NCBI GenBank assembly: GCA_045641345.1
Contig: JAZUGR010000031.1
Coordinates: forward strand, 1,789-65,788
Direction: 5' to 3'
Length of the DNA: 64,000 nucleotides
Source of the DNA: Bacteroidales bacterium
GTDB taxonomy: Bacteria > Bacteroidota > Bacteroidia > Bacteroidales > UBA932
Translations under genes and position numbers: made by a program
Shown: positions 27,400-36,736 of the stretch, one piece after another
Layout: each line of letters opens with the position of its first letter
Numbering within the stretch: position 1 is the stretch's first letter
Notes under the pieces: generated by a model
The model's input: only the letters and a program-made list of their open reading frames with translations
Databases searched by the model: none
Told to the model about the DNA's origin: nothing

Positions 27400-29046
27400 A
27401 TGAAAAGATATTTCTCTTATTGTATGCTTCTTGCCGCCACGATGGTTGCGGCTGTAGCATGTGACAGTCCGGCCAAGATGGCCGAGGCGGCCGACAAGGT
27501 TTCCATCAAGTGCAACCCCGAAATCCTCGAAGTAGTGGCAGGCGAAATCAACGCCGACGTCACGGTGGACTTCCCCGCTGATTATTTTGCCCAGAAGGCG
27601 ATTCTGGAAGTGACTCCGGTGATCGTCTATGATGGCGGCGAGTCTGTCGGAAAGACTTTCGTTTACGAAGGCGGCAAGGTTAACGACAATTACAAGGTCG
27701 TTTACAAGACTCTCGGTGCAACCTACACCGAAAAAGTGAACTTCAAATACGAAAAAGGCATGGAGAAGTGCCAGCTCGTATTGCGCGCCGTAGTTAAGGC
27801 AAAAGGCAAGAAATACGTGTTCCCCGCCGACATCAAGGTTGCCGATGGTGCCATCACCACCTATATGCTCATCGACAAGAAGGGCTCCTACGACCTGAAG
27901 GATGACGGCTATCAGGAAATCATCCCCGAAACCAGGGAAGCCCAGATCCTCTACCTGATCAACAGCGCCGACGTACGTTCTTCGCAGATCAACAGCGCCG
28001 ACGTAAAGGCTTACAAGGATGAACTCAAGGCACTCGAGAGCGATGCACGCCGTCAGGTCAAGGGCACTGAAATCGTTGCCTACGCATCTCCCGACGGAGG
28101 CGAAGCTCTCAACAACACGCTTTCTGCAAACCGCGAGAAATCGGCAGCCAAGGCTTTCGACAAGGCCACCAAAAAGCTCAACGCCGGAGATGTTGCAACC
28201 CGCAGCATCGGTGAAGACTGGGAGGGTTTCCAGGAACTCGTCGGCAATTCTAACATCGAAGACAAGGACCTGATCATCCGCGTTCTTTCGATGTACAGCG
28301 ACCCCAACGTACGCGAACGCGAAATCAAGAACATGTCGTCGGTTTACAGCACCCTCGCACAGAATGTTCTTCCCCAGCTCCGCCGCGCACGCTTCATCAC
28401 TTCGGTCGAGTACACCAACTACACGGCTGAAGAGCTTCAGGATCTTGTCGAGAGCAACATCGACGTGCTCGACGAAGCTGCTCTTCTCCACGTTGCGACA
28501 CTCGTTGGCGACAAGGACAAGAAAATGATGATTTACGACAAGGCCATCGCAAAATACGGCAGTGAAACGGCCAAATACAATGCAGCTGCAACCTGCCTTG
28601 ACAACGACGACGTTGCAGGTGCCGGAAAGTATCTCGCATCGGCAAAGAGCGACTGCAAATGCGTCAAGAACCTCAACGGTGTCATAGCAATGCGCGAAGG
28701 GAACTACGACGCTGCCGCCAAGCTCTTCACAGAGGCCGGCGAGGCCGGCACAGAGAATCTTGCCGTTCTTGACGTCCTCGGCGGCAAGTATGCCGATGCC
28801 GATGCCAAGATGAAAGGCAAGACAGGTTACAACAAAGCTGTCATCGACCTCCTCAACGGCAAGGAAGGCAGCGTTGCAAAAGATCTCAACGACTGCACCT
28901 GCCCCGGATCGTCTTACCTGAAAGCCATTGTTGCAGCCCGCACCGGTAACGCAGATGAGGCAAAGGCTATGATCGAAAAGGCTTCGCAGTGCAGCGAACT
29001 TGCTGCAAGGGCGGAGAAAGACATCGAATTCGCCAAGGTAAAATAA
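27400..29046 (+). CDS. Lipoprotein of unknown function with TPR-like C-terminal half
   Basis: Track ORF 27163..29046 trimmed to ATG 27400 (MKRYFSYCMLLAATMVAAVAC, lipobox). 548 aa with helical repeat-like C-terminal sequence. Confidence 0.65.
   Translation: MKRYFSYCMLLAATMVAAVACDSPAKMAEAADKVSIKCNPEILEVVAGEINADVTVDFPADYFAQKAILEVTPVIVYDGGESVGKTFVYEGGKVNDNYKVVYKTLGATYTEKVNFKYEKGMEKCQLVLRAVVKAKGKKYVFPADIKVADGAITTYMLIDKKGSYDLKDDGYQEIIPETREAQILYLINSADVRSSQINSADVKAYKDELKALESDARRQVKGTEIVAYASPDGGEALNNTLSANREKSAAKAFDKATKKLNAGDVATRSIGEDWEGFQELVGNSNIEDKDLIIRVLSMYSDPNVREREIKNMSSVYSTLAQNVLPQLRRARFITSVEYTNYTAEELQDLVESNIDVLDEAALLHVATLVGDKDKKMMIYDKAIAKYGSETAKYNAAATCLDNDDVAGAGKYLASAKSDCKCVKNLNGVIAMREGNYDAAAKLFTEAGEAGTENLAVLDVLGGKYADADAKMKGKTGYNKAVIDLLNGKEGSVAKDLNDCTCPGSSYLKAIVAARTGNADEAKAMIEKASQCSELAARAEKDIEFAKVK
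27958..28005 (+). repeat. 18-nt perfect direct repeat with 30-nt period, in frame
   Basis: atcaacagcgccgacgta occurs at 27958-27975 and again at 27988-28005, encoding INSADV twice (INSADVRSSQINSADVKAY). Confidence 0.9.
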
Positions 29047-29070
29047 TCACGGTTTACGATACAACACAAC

Positions 29071-29100
29071 GGAAAGGGAGGCCTGATGACCTCCCTTTCC
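29071..29100. terminator. Bidirectional hairpin terminator between lipoprotein gene (+) and lepA (-)
   Basis: Perfect 11-bp stem ggaaagggagg / cctccctttcc with an 8-nt loop, followed by gttt. Confidence 0.6.
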
Positions 29101-29122
29101 GTTTGCCCTGTCTTCAGCGACG

Positions 29123-30910
29123 TCAGTCTATTTTGAGCACTGCCATGAATGCGCTCTGCGGGACCTCGACCTGTCCGATCTGACGCATGCGCTTCTTGCC
29201 CTGTTTCTGCTTTTCGAGGAGCTTTCTCTTACGGGATATGTCGCCGCCGTAACACTTGGCCGTAACGTCCTTCCTGACCTGACGGACCGTTTCCCTGGCG
29301 ATTATCTTGGCCCCGATGGCAGCCTGAATGGCAACGTCGAACTGCTGCCTGGGTATGAGTTCCTTGAGCTTTTCGCATATCTTGCGGCCGAAGTCATAGG
29401 CGTGGTCCTGATGGATGAGCGTGGAGAGGGCGTCGGCCGGCTCGCCGTTGAGCAGAATGTCCAGCTTGACCAGCTTTGCCGGCTTGAAACCGGTAACGTG
29501 ATAGTCGAACGAAGCGTATCCTCTCGATATGGATTTAAGCTTGTCGTAGAAATCAAAGACTATCTCGGAGAGGGGCATTTCATAATTGAGCTCCACCCTC
29601 TCGGCAGTGAGGTAGTGCTCGCTCCTGAGCACCCCGCGCTTGTCGAGGCACAGTTTCATTATGGGGCCGTAGAATTCCGATTTGGATATGATCTGGGCTG
29701 CAATGTACGGCTCTTCTATGTGCTCTATCAGAGTGGGGGCCGGCAGCCCCGAAGGGTTGTGTACGTCAAGGCACTCTCCCTGTGTGGTATATACCTTGTA
29801 CGACACGTTGGGCACGGTGGTGACCACATCCATGTTGAACTCCCGGAACAAACGCTCCTGCACTATTTCGAGATGGAGCAGGCCCAGGAACCCGCAACGG
29901 AATCCGAAGCCGAGGGCCAGCGAGCTTTCCGGTTCGAAAACAAGCGAGGCGTCGTTCAGCTGGAACTTTTCGAGAGAGGAGCGCAGATCTTCGTACTCAT
30001 CGGCTGTAACCGGAAACATTCCGGCATAGAGCATCGGCTTCACGTCTTCGAATCCCGAAATGGCCTCGCTGCACGGATTGTCGATATGGGTTATGGTATC
30101 CCCCACCTTGACCTCCACCGCAGTCTTGATTCCGGAAATGATATACCCGACAGATCCGCAGGGTATCTCCTTGCGCGGGCAGAGTTTCATCTGTATCGCC
30201 CCTACCTCCTCGGCCACGTATTCTTTGCCCGTATTGACGAACTTGACCTTGTCGCCGGCCTTGATGCTGCCGCTGACGACCTTGAAATACGCGATTATCC
30301 CCCGGAAGGAGTTGAACACCGAATCGAAGATAAGGGCCTGAAGCGGGGCGTCGGGGGAACCCTTGGGCGCAGGTATCCGATCGACTATGGCATCAAGGAT
30401 GGCCACCACCCCCTCTCCGGTGCGGGCCGAGGCAAGAAGGACCTCTTCGCTCTTGCACCCGATAAGGTCAACCACCTGGTCTCTGACGACGTCCACCATT
30501 GCGGTATCCATATCTATCTTGTTCAGGACAGGTATTATTTCAAGGTCGTGGTCGATGGCCAGATAGAGATTCGATATGGTCTGGGCCTGAATGCCCTGCG
30601 TGGCATCCACCACAAGCAGCGCCCCTTCACAGGAGGCGATTGCCCGCGACACTTCGTATGAAAAGTCGACATGGCCCGGGGTATCTATCAGATTGAGGAC
30701 AAAGGTCTCCCCACCGCGCTTGTATTCCATCTGGATGGGGTGGCTCTTGATGGTTATCCCCTTTTCCTTTTCGAGGTCCATCGAGTCGAGCACCTGGTTC
30801 TCCATCTCTCTCTGCTGAAGCGTACCGGTCAGCTCGAGCATACGATCGGCCAGTGTGCTTTTGCCATGATCGATATGTGCTATTATGCAAAAATTTCTGA
30901 TGTTTTCCAT
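29123..30910 (-). CDS. lepA: Translation elongation factor 4
   Basis: 595 aa. G1 [18 protein letters not shown] and NKID, plus the LepA-specific C-terminal domain. Confidence 0.97.
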   Translation of the reverse strand: MENIRNFCIIAHIDHGKSTLADRMLELTGTLQQREMENQVLDSMDLEKEKGITIKSHPIQMEYKRGGETFVLNLIDTPGHVDFSYEVSRAIASCEGALLVVDATQGIQAQTISNLYLAIDHDLEIIPVLNKIDMDTAMVDVVRDQVVDLIGCKSEEVLLASARTGEGVVAILDAIVDRIPAPKGSPDAPLQALIFDSVFNSFRGIIAYFKVVSGSIKAGDKVKFVNTGKEYVAEEVGAIQMKLCPRKEIPCGSVGYIISGIKTAVEVKVGDTITHIDNPCSEAISGFEDVKPMLYAGMFPVTADEYEDLRSSLEKFQLNDASLVFEPESSLALGFGFRCGFLGLLHLEIVQERLFREFNMDVVTTVPNVSYKVYTTQGECLDVHNPSGLPAPTLIEHIEEPYIAAQIISKSEFYGPIMKLCLDKRGVLRSEHYLTAERVELNYEMPLSEIVFDFYDKLKSISRGYASFDYHVTGFKPAKLVKLDILLNGEPADALSTLIHQDHAYDFGRKICEKLKELIPRQQFDVAIQAAIGAKIIARETVRQVRKDVTAKCYGGDISRKRKLLEKQKQGKKRMRQIGQVEVPQSAFMAVLKID

Positions 30911-30929
30911 TCCGGCGTTTTGAATCTGA

Positions 30930-30937
30930 CAAAGATA
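30930..30937 (-). promoter_or_regulatory. Candidate -7 box for lepA
   Basis: The minus strand reads TATCTTTG, 19 nt upstream of ATG 30910. Confidence 0.45.
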
Positions 30938-30942
30938 ATCAT

Positions 30943-30950
30943 TATATTTG
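30943..30950 (+). promoter_or_regulatory. Candidate -7 box for the transketolase operon
   Basis: TATATTTG, 21 nt upstream of ATG 30972. Confidence 0.45.
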
Positions 30951-30971
30951 TTTCCGCTTTAAACCTTTTTT

Positions 30972-31817
30972 ATGACATCCGATTATTCTCTGGAACAGAT
31001 TTCAACTCAGGTACGCAGGGACATAATACGTATGGTCACCGCTGCCGCATCGGGGCATCCGGGCGGATCGATGAGCAGCGCAGACATATTGACGTTCCTT
31101 TTCTTCAAGGAGATGAATGCCTCTCCCGAGTCTTGGAGCCGATGCGGCAAGGATTCCGACATGTTCTTCCTTTCGGCAGGGCATCTGACCCCGGTGTTTT
31201 ACAGCGTTCTGGCCAGGCGCGGCTATTTCCCCTCAAGTGAGCTGGCCACTTTCCGTCAGTACGGCTCGCGCCTTCAGGGCCACCCCTCGGTAGCCAAAAG
31301 GCTGCCGGGTGTCAACCAGGCGGCCGGCTCGCTCGGCCAGGGTCTCTCCGTAGCCGTAGGTGCAGCCGTTGGCAAACGCATGGCAGGAGACCCCAACCGC
31401 GTATTCGTCCTTCTCGGTGACGGCGAGTGCGAAGAGGGTCAGGTGTGGGAAGCCGCAATGGTGGCAGCCCACTGGAAAGTGGACAATCTGGTGGCCATTA
31501 CCGACTGGAACCACAAGCAGATCGACGGCGATACCGAAGACGTTGCAGGCCTCGGTGACCTTCAGGCCAAATGGGAAGCCTTCGGATGGAACGTTGTCGT
31601 AGCTCACGGCCATGACTTCCCCAGTATCGAAAAGGGCTTTGCCACCGCCCGTGAATCAAAGGGAAAAGGGCGCCCGGTGATGATCCTGTTCCATACCGAA
31701 ATGGGGCACGGGGTCGATTTCATGGCAGGAACCCACAAATGGCACGGCAAGAATCCTTCACAGGAGCAATGCGACGAAGCCCTGAAGCAGCTTCAGGAAA
31801 CAATGGGAGACTTTTAA
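30972..31817 (+). CDS. Transketolase, N-terminal (TPP-binding) subunit
   Basis: 281 aa. GHPGGS block and GDGECEEGQVWEA TPP-binding motif. This is the split-transketolase arrangement. Confidence 0.9.
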   Translation: MTSDYSLEQISTQVRRDIIRMVTAAASGHPGGSMSSADILTFLFFKEMNASPESWSRCGKDSDMFFLSAGHLTPVFYSVLARRGYFPSSELATFRQYGSRLQGHPSVAKRLPGVNQAAGSLGQGLSVAVGAAVGKRMAGDPNRVFVLLGDGECEEGQVWEAAMVAAHWKVDNLVAITDWNHKQIDGDTEDVAGLGDLQAKWEAFGWNVVVAHGHDFPSIEKGFATARESKGKGRPVMILFHTEMGHGVDFMAGTHKWHGKNPSQEQCDEALKQLQETMGDF

Positions 31818-31828
31818 CCCGACTTGCG

Positions 31829-32776
31829 ATGAAAGAATATATAAATACCGGTGACAAGGATACCCGCTCAGGGTTTGGAGACGCGCTGACCGAATTGGGA
31901 CGCACAAATCCCAAGGTGGTTGCACTGACCGCCGACCTCAAGGGGTCGCTCAAGATGGACGATTTCGCCGCCGAGAATCCCGACCGTTTCTTCGACGTGG
32001 GAATCGCCGAAGCCAATATGATCGGTATGGCGGCCGGTCTGGCCGTAACAGGGTACGTCCCGTTTGTCGGGACCTTTGCCAATTTCGCCACCTCCAGGGT
32101 CTACGACCAAATACGGCAGTCCGTCTGCTACTCGCGCACCAATGTCAAGATAGCGGCATCTCACTGCGGAATCACCCTCGGAGAAGACGGTGCCACACAC
32201 CAGTGTCTCGAGGATATAGGCATGATGAGGATGCTCCCCTCGATGGTGGTCCTTTCGCCCTGTGATTATAATCAGACTAAGGCGGCCACAATCGCCGCGG
32301 CAGCCTGGAACGGACCTGTATATCTCCGCTTCGGCCGCCCAAAGGTGCCCAATTTCACCCCTGCCGGCGAGCCTTTCGCGATAGGCAAGGCCCTGCAGCT
32401 TGCCGAAGGTGACGGAATCACAATCCTTGCAACAGGACATATGGTGTGGGAGGCGGTTGCAGCCACGCGCGAACTCGAAGCGGAAGGCATCGGGGTTGAC
32501 CTGTTCAACATCGCCACAATCAAACCTCTTGACGAAGACGCGATTCTCTCGTCTGTCAGAAAGACCGGCAAGGTCGTATGTGCCGAGGAGCATATGCTTT
32601 TCGGCGGATTGTCAGAGCTCGTTTCGGGTCTGTTGCTGCGCAACGACATCCCCGCAAAGATGCGCGCCGTCGCAATCGACGACGTTTTCGGGCAGAGCGG
32701 AACCCCGTCAAGGCTTATGACCGCATACGGGCTCAACGGCGCACATATAGCCGCAGCGGCAAAATCGCTGCTGTAA
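31829..32776 (+). CDS. Transketolase, C-terminal (pyrimidine-binding) subunit
   Basis: Track ORF 31739..32776 trimmed to ATG 31829 (MKEYINTGDKDTRSGFGDAL). GIAEANMIGMAAGLA block. 315 aa. Confidence 0.9.
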   Translation: MKEYINTGDKDTRSGFGDALTELGRTNPKVVALTADLKGSLKMDDFAAENPDRFFDVGIAEANMIGMAAGLAVTGYVPFVGTFANFATSRVYDQIRQSVCYSRTNVKIAASHCGITLGEDGATHQCLEDIGMMRMLPSMVVLSPCDYNQTKAATIAAAAWNGPVYLRFGRPKVPNFTPAGEPFAIGKALQLAEGDGITILATGHMVWEAVAATRELEAEGIGVDLFNIATIKPLDEDAILSSVRKTGKVVCAEEHMLFGGLSELVSGLLLRNDIPAKMRAVAIDDVFGQSGTPSRLMTAYGLNGAHIAAAAKSLL

Positions 32777-32788
32777 TACGACTCCCCG

Positions 32789-33331
32789 ATGGAAGACAGC
32801 GAGATACTTGCACTCTTCAGGGAGGGGGAACGCAACCGGGCATTCAATGTCATCGTGCGTACATATTCCGAACGCCTCTACTGGCATCTGCGCTCGATAG
32901 TGCAGATTCACGAGGATGCCGACGACCTGCTGCAGAACACGTGGGTCAGGGTTTGGAATGCCCTCGACACGTTCCGCGGGGATTCCGGACTTTATACCTG
33001 GCTCTACAGGATCGCCACCAACGAGGCAATATCCTTTCTCAGGAAGCAGAAAATCACGACGGCACTGCGACTTTCCGACCCCTCGTCAGTCATCGCGGCC
33101 AAGCTGGCGGCTGATGAAGAGTTCAACGGAGACGATCTGCAGGTGGCTCTTCAGAAAGCAATTGCAAAGCTTCCTCCCAAACAGAAAGCGGTCTTTTCAA
33201 TGAGATATTTCGGAGACCTCAAATACGAAGAAATCTCCGAAATACTCGACGTTTCCGTGAACTCTCTGAAAACCTCCTACCATTTCGCCAGCGAAAAGGT
33301 GAAGGAATACATCAAAAAATATATGGATTGA
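32789..33331 (+). CDS. ECF-type RNA polymerase sigma-70 factor
   Basis: 180 aa. Region 2 (LLQNTWVRVWNALDTFRGDSGLYTWLYRIATNEAISFLR) and region 4 (VFSMRYFGDLKYEEISEILDVSVNSLKTSY). Confidence 0.9.
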   Translation: MEDSEILALFREGERNRAFNVIVRTYSERLYWHLRSIVQIHEDADDLLQNTWVRVWNALDTFRGDSGLYTWLYRIATNEAISFLRKQKITTALRLSDPSSVIAAKLAADEEFNGDDLQVALQKAIAKLPPKQKAVFSMRYFGDLKYEEISEILDVSVNSLKTSYHFASEKVKEYIKKYMD

Positions 33332-33369
33332 TTTTTAACTTTCAATAAATACTGTTGTCTAATAAGGCG

Positions 33370-33759
33370 ATGAACGAAAAGAAGGACATACTTGAGCAAC
33401 TCAGGAATTCGCAAAGCGGGTTCTCCGTGCCGGAAGGATATTTCGACACTATTGAAGACAGGGTGCGGGAGAAAATTTCCAACCCCCGGGCAGCGCATCC
33501 CGTATGGGCTGTGGCCAAACCGGCCCTCCTGCTCTCGTGTATGTTCGTCCTTATCCTTGCAATAGGATACGGGACGATGACCATAACGGGGACCTCCTCG
33601 TCCGGGGAGACCGGTAAATTGGCCGAAGACGGCGCCGAAGTGGTCATGGAGCAGGATTTCAGCCATCTGGAAGATGACGAAATTATCGATTATCTTGCCG
33701 AGAACCTTTCCTTTTCAGACATCGAAACGTTTATCGCCGAAGAACAAACCAACCTATAA
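33370..33759 (+). CDS. Putative single-pass anti-sigma factor
   Basis: The track start at 33355 is TTG; the first ATG is 33370 (MNEKKDILEQL). One TM segment, PALLLSCMFVLILAIGYG. The call rests on position directly after the ECF sigma gene. Confidence 0.5.
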   Translation: MNEKKDILEQLRNSQSGFSVPEGYFDTIEDRVREKISNPRAAHPVWAVAKPALLLSCMFVLILAIGYGTMTITGTSSSGETGKLAEDGAEVVMEQDFSHLEDDEIIDYLAENLSFSDIETFIAEEQTNL

Positions 33760-33771
33760 ACACACAGTATC

Positions 33772-34296
33772 ATGAAAAGAATTCTTACTCTCGCAATCTG
33801 TTTCCTGCTCATTTCCGCAGGATGTTTTGCACAGGAAAAAGCAGCTGGGAAAAAGCACAACGGTGAACGCGCAATGGCCGAAAAAATAGGCTTCATCACC
33901 CAGAAACTCCAGCTTACCCCCGAAGAGGCCCAGGCCTTCTGGCCGGTTTACAACCAGTATGCCGCCGCTGCCAAGGAAGCCGGCAAGGCAACGCGCCAGG
34001 CCCGCAAGGCCCTCAGACAGCAGGAAGGTGAGCCGGAAATAACCGAAAAGGAAATGGTAAAGAGGATTGACGCCTATCTCGACGCCGTCAAGGCCGAAAG
34101 TTCCGTACTCGAAAAGTACAACAAGCAGTTCCTCAAGGTGCTTCCCGCCGAAAAGGTCGGAAAGCTTTACATCGCCGAAGTTCAGTATTCCAAGAAGATG
34201 CTCGGCAATCTGGCCAAGCGCGGCAGCCACAAGAACACGGGAATGAAAGGCGAAGGCGCGAAACACTGCCAGAAACCCTGCCCCGATTGCAAATAA
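33772..34296 (+). CDS. Periplasmic Spy/CpxP-like (LTxxQ-type) protein
   Basis: 174 aa with a signal peptide. Helical K/A/E-rich sequence containing LQLTPEEAQAFWPVYNQY. It is the third member of the common Bacteroidetes sigma / anti-sigma / periplasmic-protein trio. Confidence 0.45.
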   Translation: MKRILTLAICFLLISAGCFAQEKAAGKKHNGERAMAEKIGFITQKLQLTPEEAQAFWPVYNQYAAAAKEAGKATRQARKALRQQEGEPEITEKEMVKRIDAYLDAVKAESSVLEKYNKQFLKVLPAEKVGKLYIAEVQYSKKMLGNLAKRGSHKNTGMKGEGAKHCQKPCPDCK

Positions 34297-34316
34297 GGCC
34301 TAACACCGTCAACAAC

Positions 34317-34346
34317 AAAGCCGGACTCCGCAAGGAATCCGGCTTT
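34317..34346. terminator. Bidirectional hairpin terminator
   Basis: aaagccgga-c-tcc-gcaa-gga-a-tccggcttt forms a 9+3 bp stem with a GCAA tetraloop. It lies between convergent genes (stops at 34296 and 34366). Confidence 0.6.
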
Positions 34347-34365
34347 GCCGTTTATTAACAAGGAA

Positions 34366-36639
34366 TCACTTTTCCCAACCACCGGTTGTGTAGTCAAGTT
34401 CCTGAGTGTCCGAGCTGGCCGCTCCATCGGTTCCGTCAGGATTGATGAGGCTGTAGCAGATGGTATAGGGGATGCCGTTGAGCACCGCGGTCTTGCCGGA
34501 ATACTTGAAATATTCTCCATCAGGACTGTATGTGGCCTTTTTGGCGGTGACCGTTGTGGCGCACATCACGCTGACATACCACACGCCCGGCTCAAGTTTT
34601 CTGGTGCGGAAATTCTTGTTGCTCCCGGAATTGCAGAGCACATATTCCGAATCGCTGATCCAGGCCAGAGCGCCCTTTCTCATAGCGAGGTACAGATCCA
34701 CACCCGGAACGCTGCAGGTAAGATTCAGCTTGACGCCGTTGTCTGTATCGGGGACTTCTATCTTGAAATGATGGTACTGGCGGTCGCCTATCGCGGTGTA
34801 TGCGGGGTCGGCGTCACTTGTTTTCCTATTCATTACACGAGCCTCGCCGGCGACAAGTTCACCCTTGACCTCGACATCGCCCGGATAATCCGAAGCATAG
34901 CGCAGGAACGATGCCATCAGGTCGCGGCGTTCACCGCTGGTCACGCCTTCGGGGTGGGAGCCGCAATCCACGATTCTACCGGTAGCGGCATCTTTCTTGT
35001 AGCTCCAGACGCAGGTCTTGTTGTGCATCGCCGAAGTGTCGCATTTGTATTTGTGATCCTCCGGATGGTCCTTGCCCTGATCCTCCTTGGGGAAATGGTA
35101 TACCGCCAGGACTTCGGTCCCTTCGGGAGCGCGGCAGGCACCCTCGTCCAGCATATACGGACCGCCGTTGTGACGGACACCGTTTACCATCATATCCCCT
35201 CCGAAATCATAATATTTCAGCAGCGGGCTACCCTCGACCAACCTTACCCTGTGTTCCACATCCTCAAGCGTACTGCCCTTTTCAACACCGTTTTCATCCA
35301 GCCATTTGTCCTTTACATAGGCGGTATAGCCCGGCCATATGTGGAGGAAATTCACGTTCGTGGCAGGAGTGGTCGAAGTGGAGGAAGCCCTGGCGATGCA
35401 GGTCAGGAATGCACCCGCACAGGTGCCTACATAGGTGCCTCCATGGGCTACGAAATCGTTGTAGCGGGAACGGCCCGTCGCTTCGAGTGAAGCTCCGTGA
35501 TTGGTTGACTTGCCACCGTTCATATACACGCAGCGGAAGCGTGGCTCCCCGTCGGGATAGAGCAAAATGCCGTTCTCGTCGGTTTCCGTACCCTGTATCA
35601 GCCCTCTCTGGACAATCGTATCGGTTGCATTGAGTTTGCCGGGTTCCGACCCGCTGTGGGCATTGGAGGCGAAATACTCCCACTGCCATCCGATATAATC
35701 CGCCGCAGGCAGCGTTTTGCGGGAAGTGAGGTGGATTCCACCATCCATAAAGAGATCCTTGTAATATCCTCTGGCAATGACATTGGCTGATTCGGAATTT
35801 TCCGTAACCGTGATTTCGGGCATCTCCAGCACAGAGGAGCGTACCATAGTGTTGTCTGAAACCGTTTGCAGGAAAGAGTATGCCGCACCGTTTTTGTCGT
35901 ACACGGTAATTGAAAATCCGTGGCCGAATACGCCGGCAGGGACGGCTACATAGAAACATTGTGCCTTGGAAGTAAGGGTTACGGGGCTTTCAAGATTGAG
36001 GACAATGGTGTTTCCGCCATCTGTAATCTCGACTTGAGGGTTGGTCATATCGAGGCCGACAAAGCAGTTGCCCCACATCCGGCAGCCCATCAGATCGTGC
36101 ACCGCAAGTTTCGATATTGTGGCCGTGCCCTTCAGGGCCAGCTTCAGCACACCGCCCAGATTGCGGAAATACAGAGTGCCCGACGCCGAGTTCATGGATG
36201 CCACGGACGGGAATGCGCCGCAAACCATATTGCCCAAGCCACCTTTCTGCTCGGCAGGGGTCGGGAAGAAAATCCTGTCACCGGCAAGGGTTATGTTTTC
36301 GTCGTACGGGTAAACGGCATAATATGGAGCCGTACCTTTCGCCGTACCGGTAAAGGTGGCCGCCGAACTGCCTGCACCGGAGGTGAGGGTGAACTTGGCC
36401 ACCTCACCATCGCTGCTCACCAGGGCAAACGAGTCCCCCGAGCTCCACACCACCGACTTGCCGTCACCGCCAATCTGGGTCCTGCCGATGGACGGCGTTT
36501 CGATCACGGCCTCTATGGCATCCTTGCCATATATTACAGCGCCTTCCGTATCCGTGGCGCTCCCTTCGTTGACCTTTGCGCAGGAAACGGAAAAAATGCA
36601 ACCTGCGACAAACGAATAAAACAATATTGCCTTTTTCAT
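34366..36639 (-). CDS. Exported class-I glutamine-amidotransferase-like (Cys-His-Glu) hydrolase with N-terminal Ig-like surface module and C-terminal PPC domain (long paralog)
   Basis: Track ORF trimmed to ATG 36639 (MKKAILFYSFVAGCIFSVSCAK, lipobox). The N-terminal ~300 aa is beta-rich (VWSSGDSFALV...YYAVYPYD). The core has the nucleophile elbow GGTYVGTCAGAF and CGSHPEGVTSGER (HPE of the GATase1 triad). The C-terminal GDRQYHHFKIEV...GVDLYLAMRKG...GVWYVSVMC is PPC-like. The CDS is certain; the function is tentative. Confidence 0.6.
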   Translation of the reverse strand: MKKAILFYSFVAGCIFSVSCAKVNEGSATDTEGAVIYGKDAIEAVIETPSIGRTQIGGDGKSVVWSSGDSFALVSSDGEVAKFTLTSGAGSSAATFTGTAKGTAPYYAVYPYDENITLAGDRIFFPTPAEQKGGLGNMVCGAFPSVASMNSASGTLYFRNLGGVLKLALKGTATISKLAVHDLMGCRMWGNCFVGLDMTNPQVEITDGGNTIVLNLESPVTLTSKAQCFYVAVPAGVFGHGFSITVYDKNGAAYSFLQTVSDNTMVRSSVLEMPEITVTENSESANVIARGYYKDLFMDGGIHLTSRKTLPAADYIGWQWEYFASNAHSGSEPGKLNATDTIVQRGLIQGTETDENGILLYPDGEPRFRCVYMNGGKSTNHGASLEATGRSRYNDFVAHGGTYVGTCAGAFLTCIARASSTSTTPATNVNFLHIWPGYTAYVKDKWLDENGVEKGSTLEDVEHRVRLVEGSPLLKYYDFGGDMMVNGVRHNGGPYMLDEGACRAPEGTEVLAVYHFPKEDQGKDHPEDHKYKCDTSAMHNKTCVWSYKKDAATGRIVDCGSHPEGVTSGERRDLMASFLRYASDYPGDVEVKGELVAGEARVMNRKTSDADPAYTAIGDRQYHHFKIEVPDTDNGVKLNLTCSVPGVDLYLAMRKGALAWISDSEYVLCNSGSNKNFRTRKLEPGVWYVSVMCATTVTAKKATYSPDGEYFKYSGKTAVLNGIPYTICYSLINPDGTDGAASSDTQELDYTTGGWEK

Positions 36640-36685
36640 AAATCTTAAAACATCCCGGCCCTGACCTGCCGGCTCGGGTAACCGG

Positions 36686-36693
36686 CAAAGATA
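36686..36693 (-). promoter_or_regulatory. Candidate -7 box for gene 34366..36639
   Basis: The minus strand reads TATCTTTG, 46 nt upstream of ATG 36639. Confidence 0.4.
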
Positions 36694-36705
36694 AAAATTA
36701 TTTCC

Positions 36706-36713
36706 TAATTTTG
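36706..36713 (+). promoter_or_regulatory. Candidate -7 box for genes 36737..39627
   Basis: TAATTTTG, 23 nt upstream of ATG 36737 and 12 nt from the divergent box. Confidence 0.4.
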
Positions 36714-36736
36714 CCGTATCGGTATATTCCTGCAAG

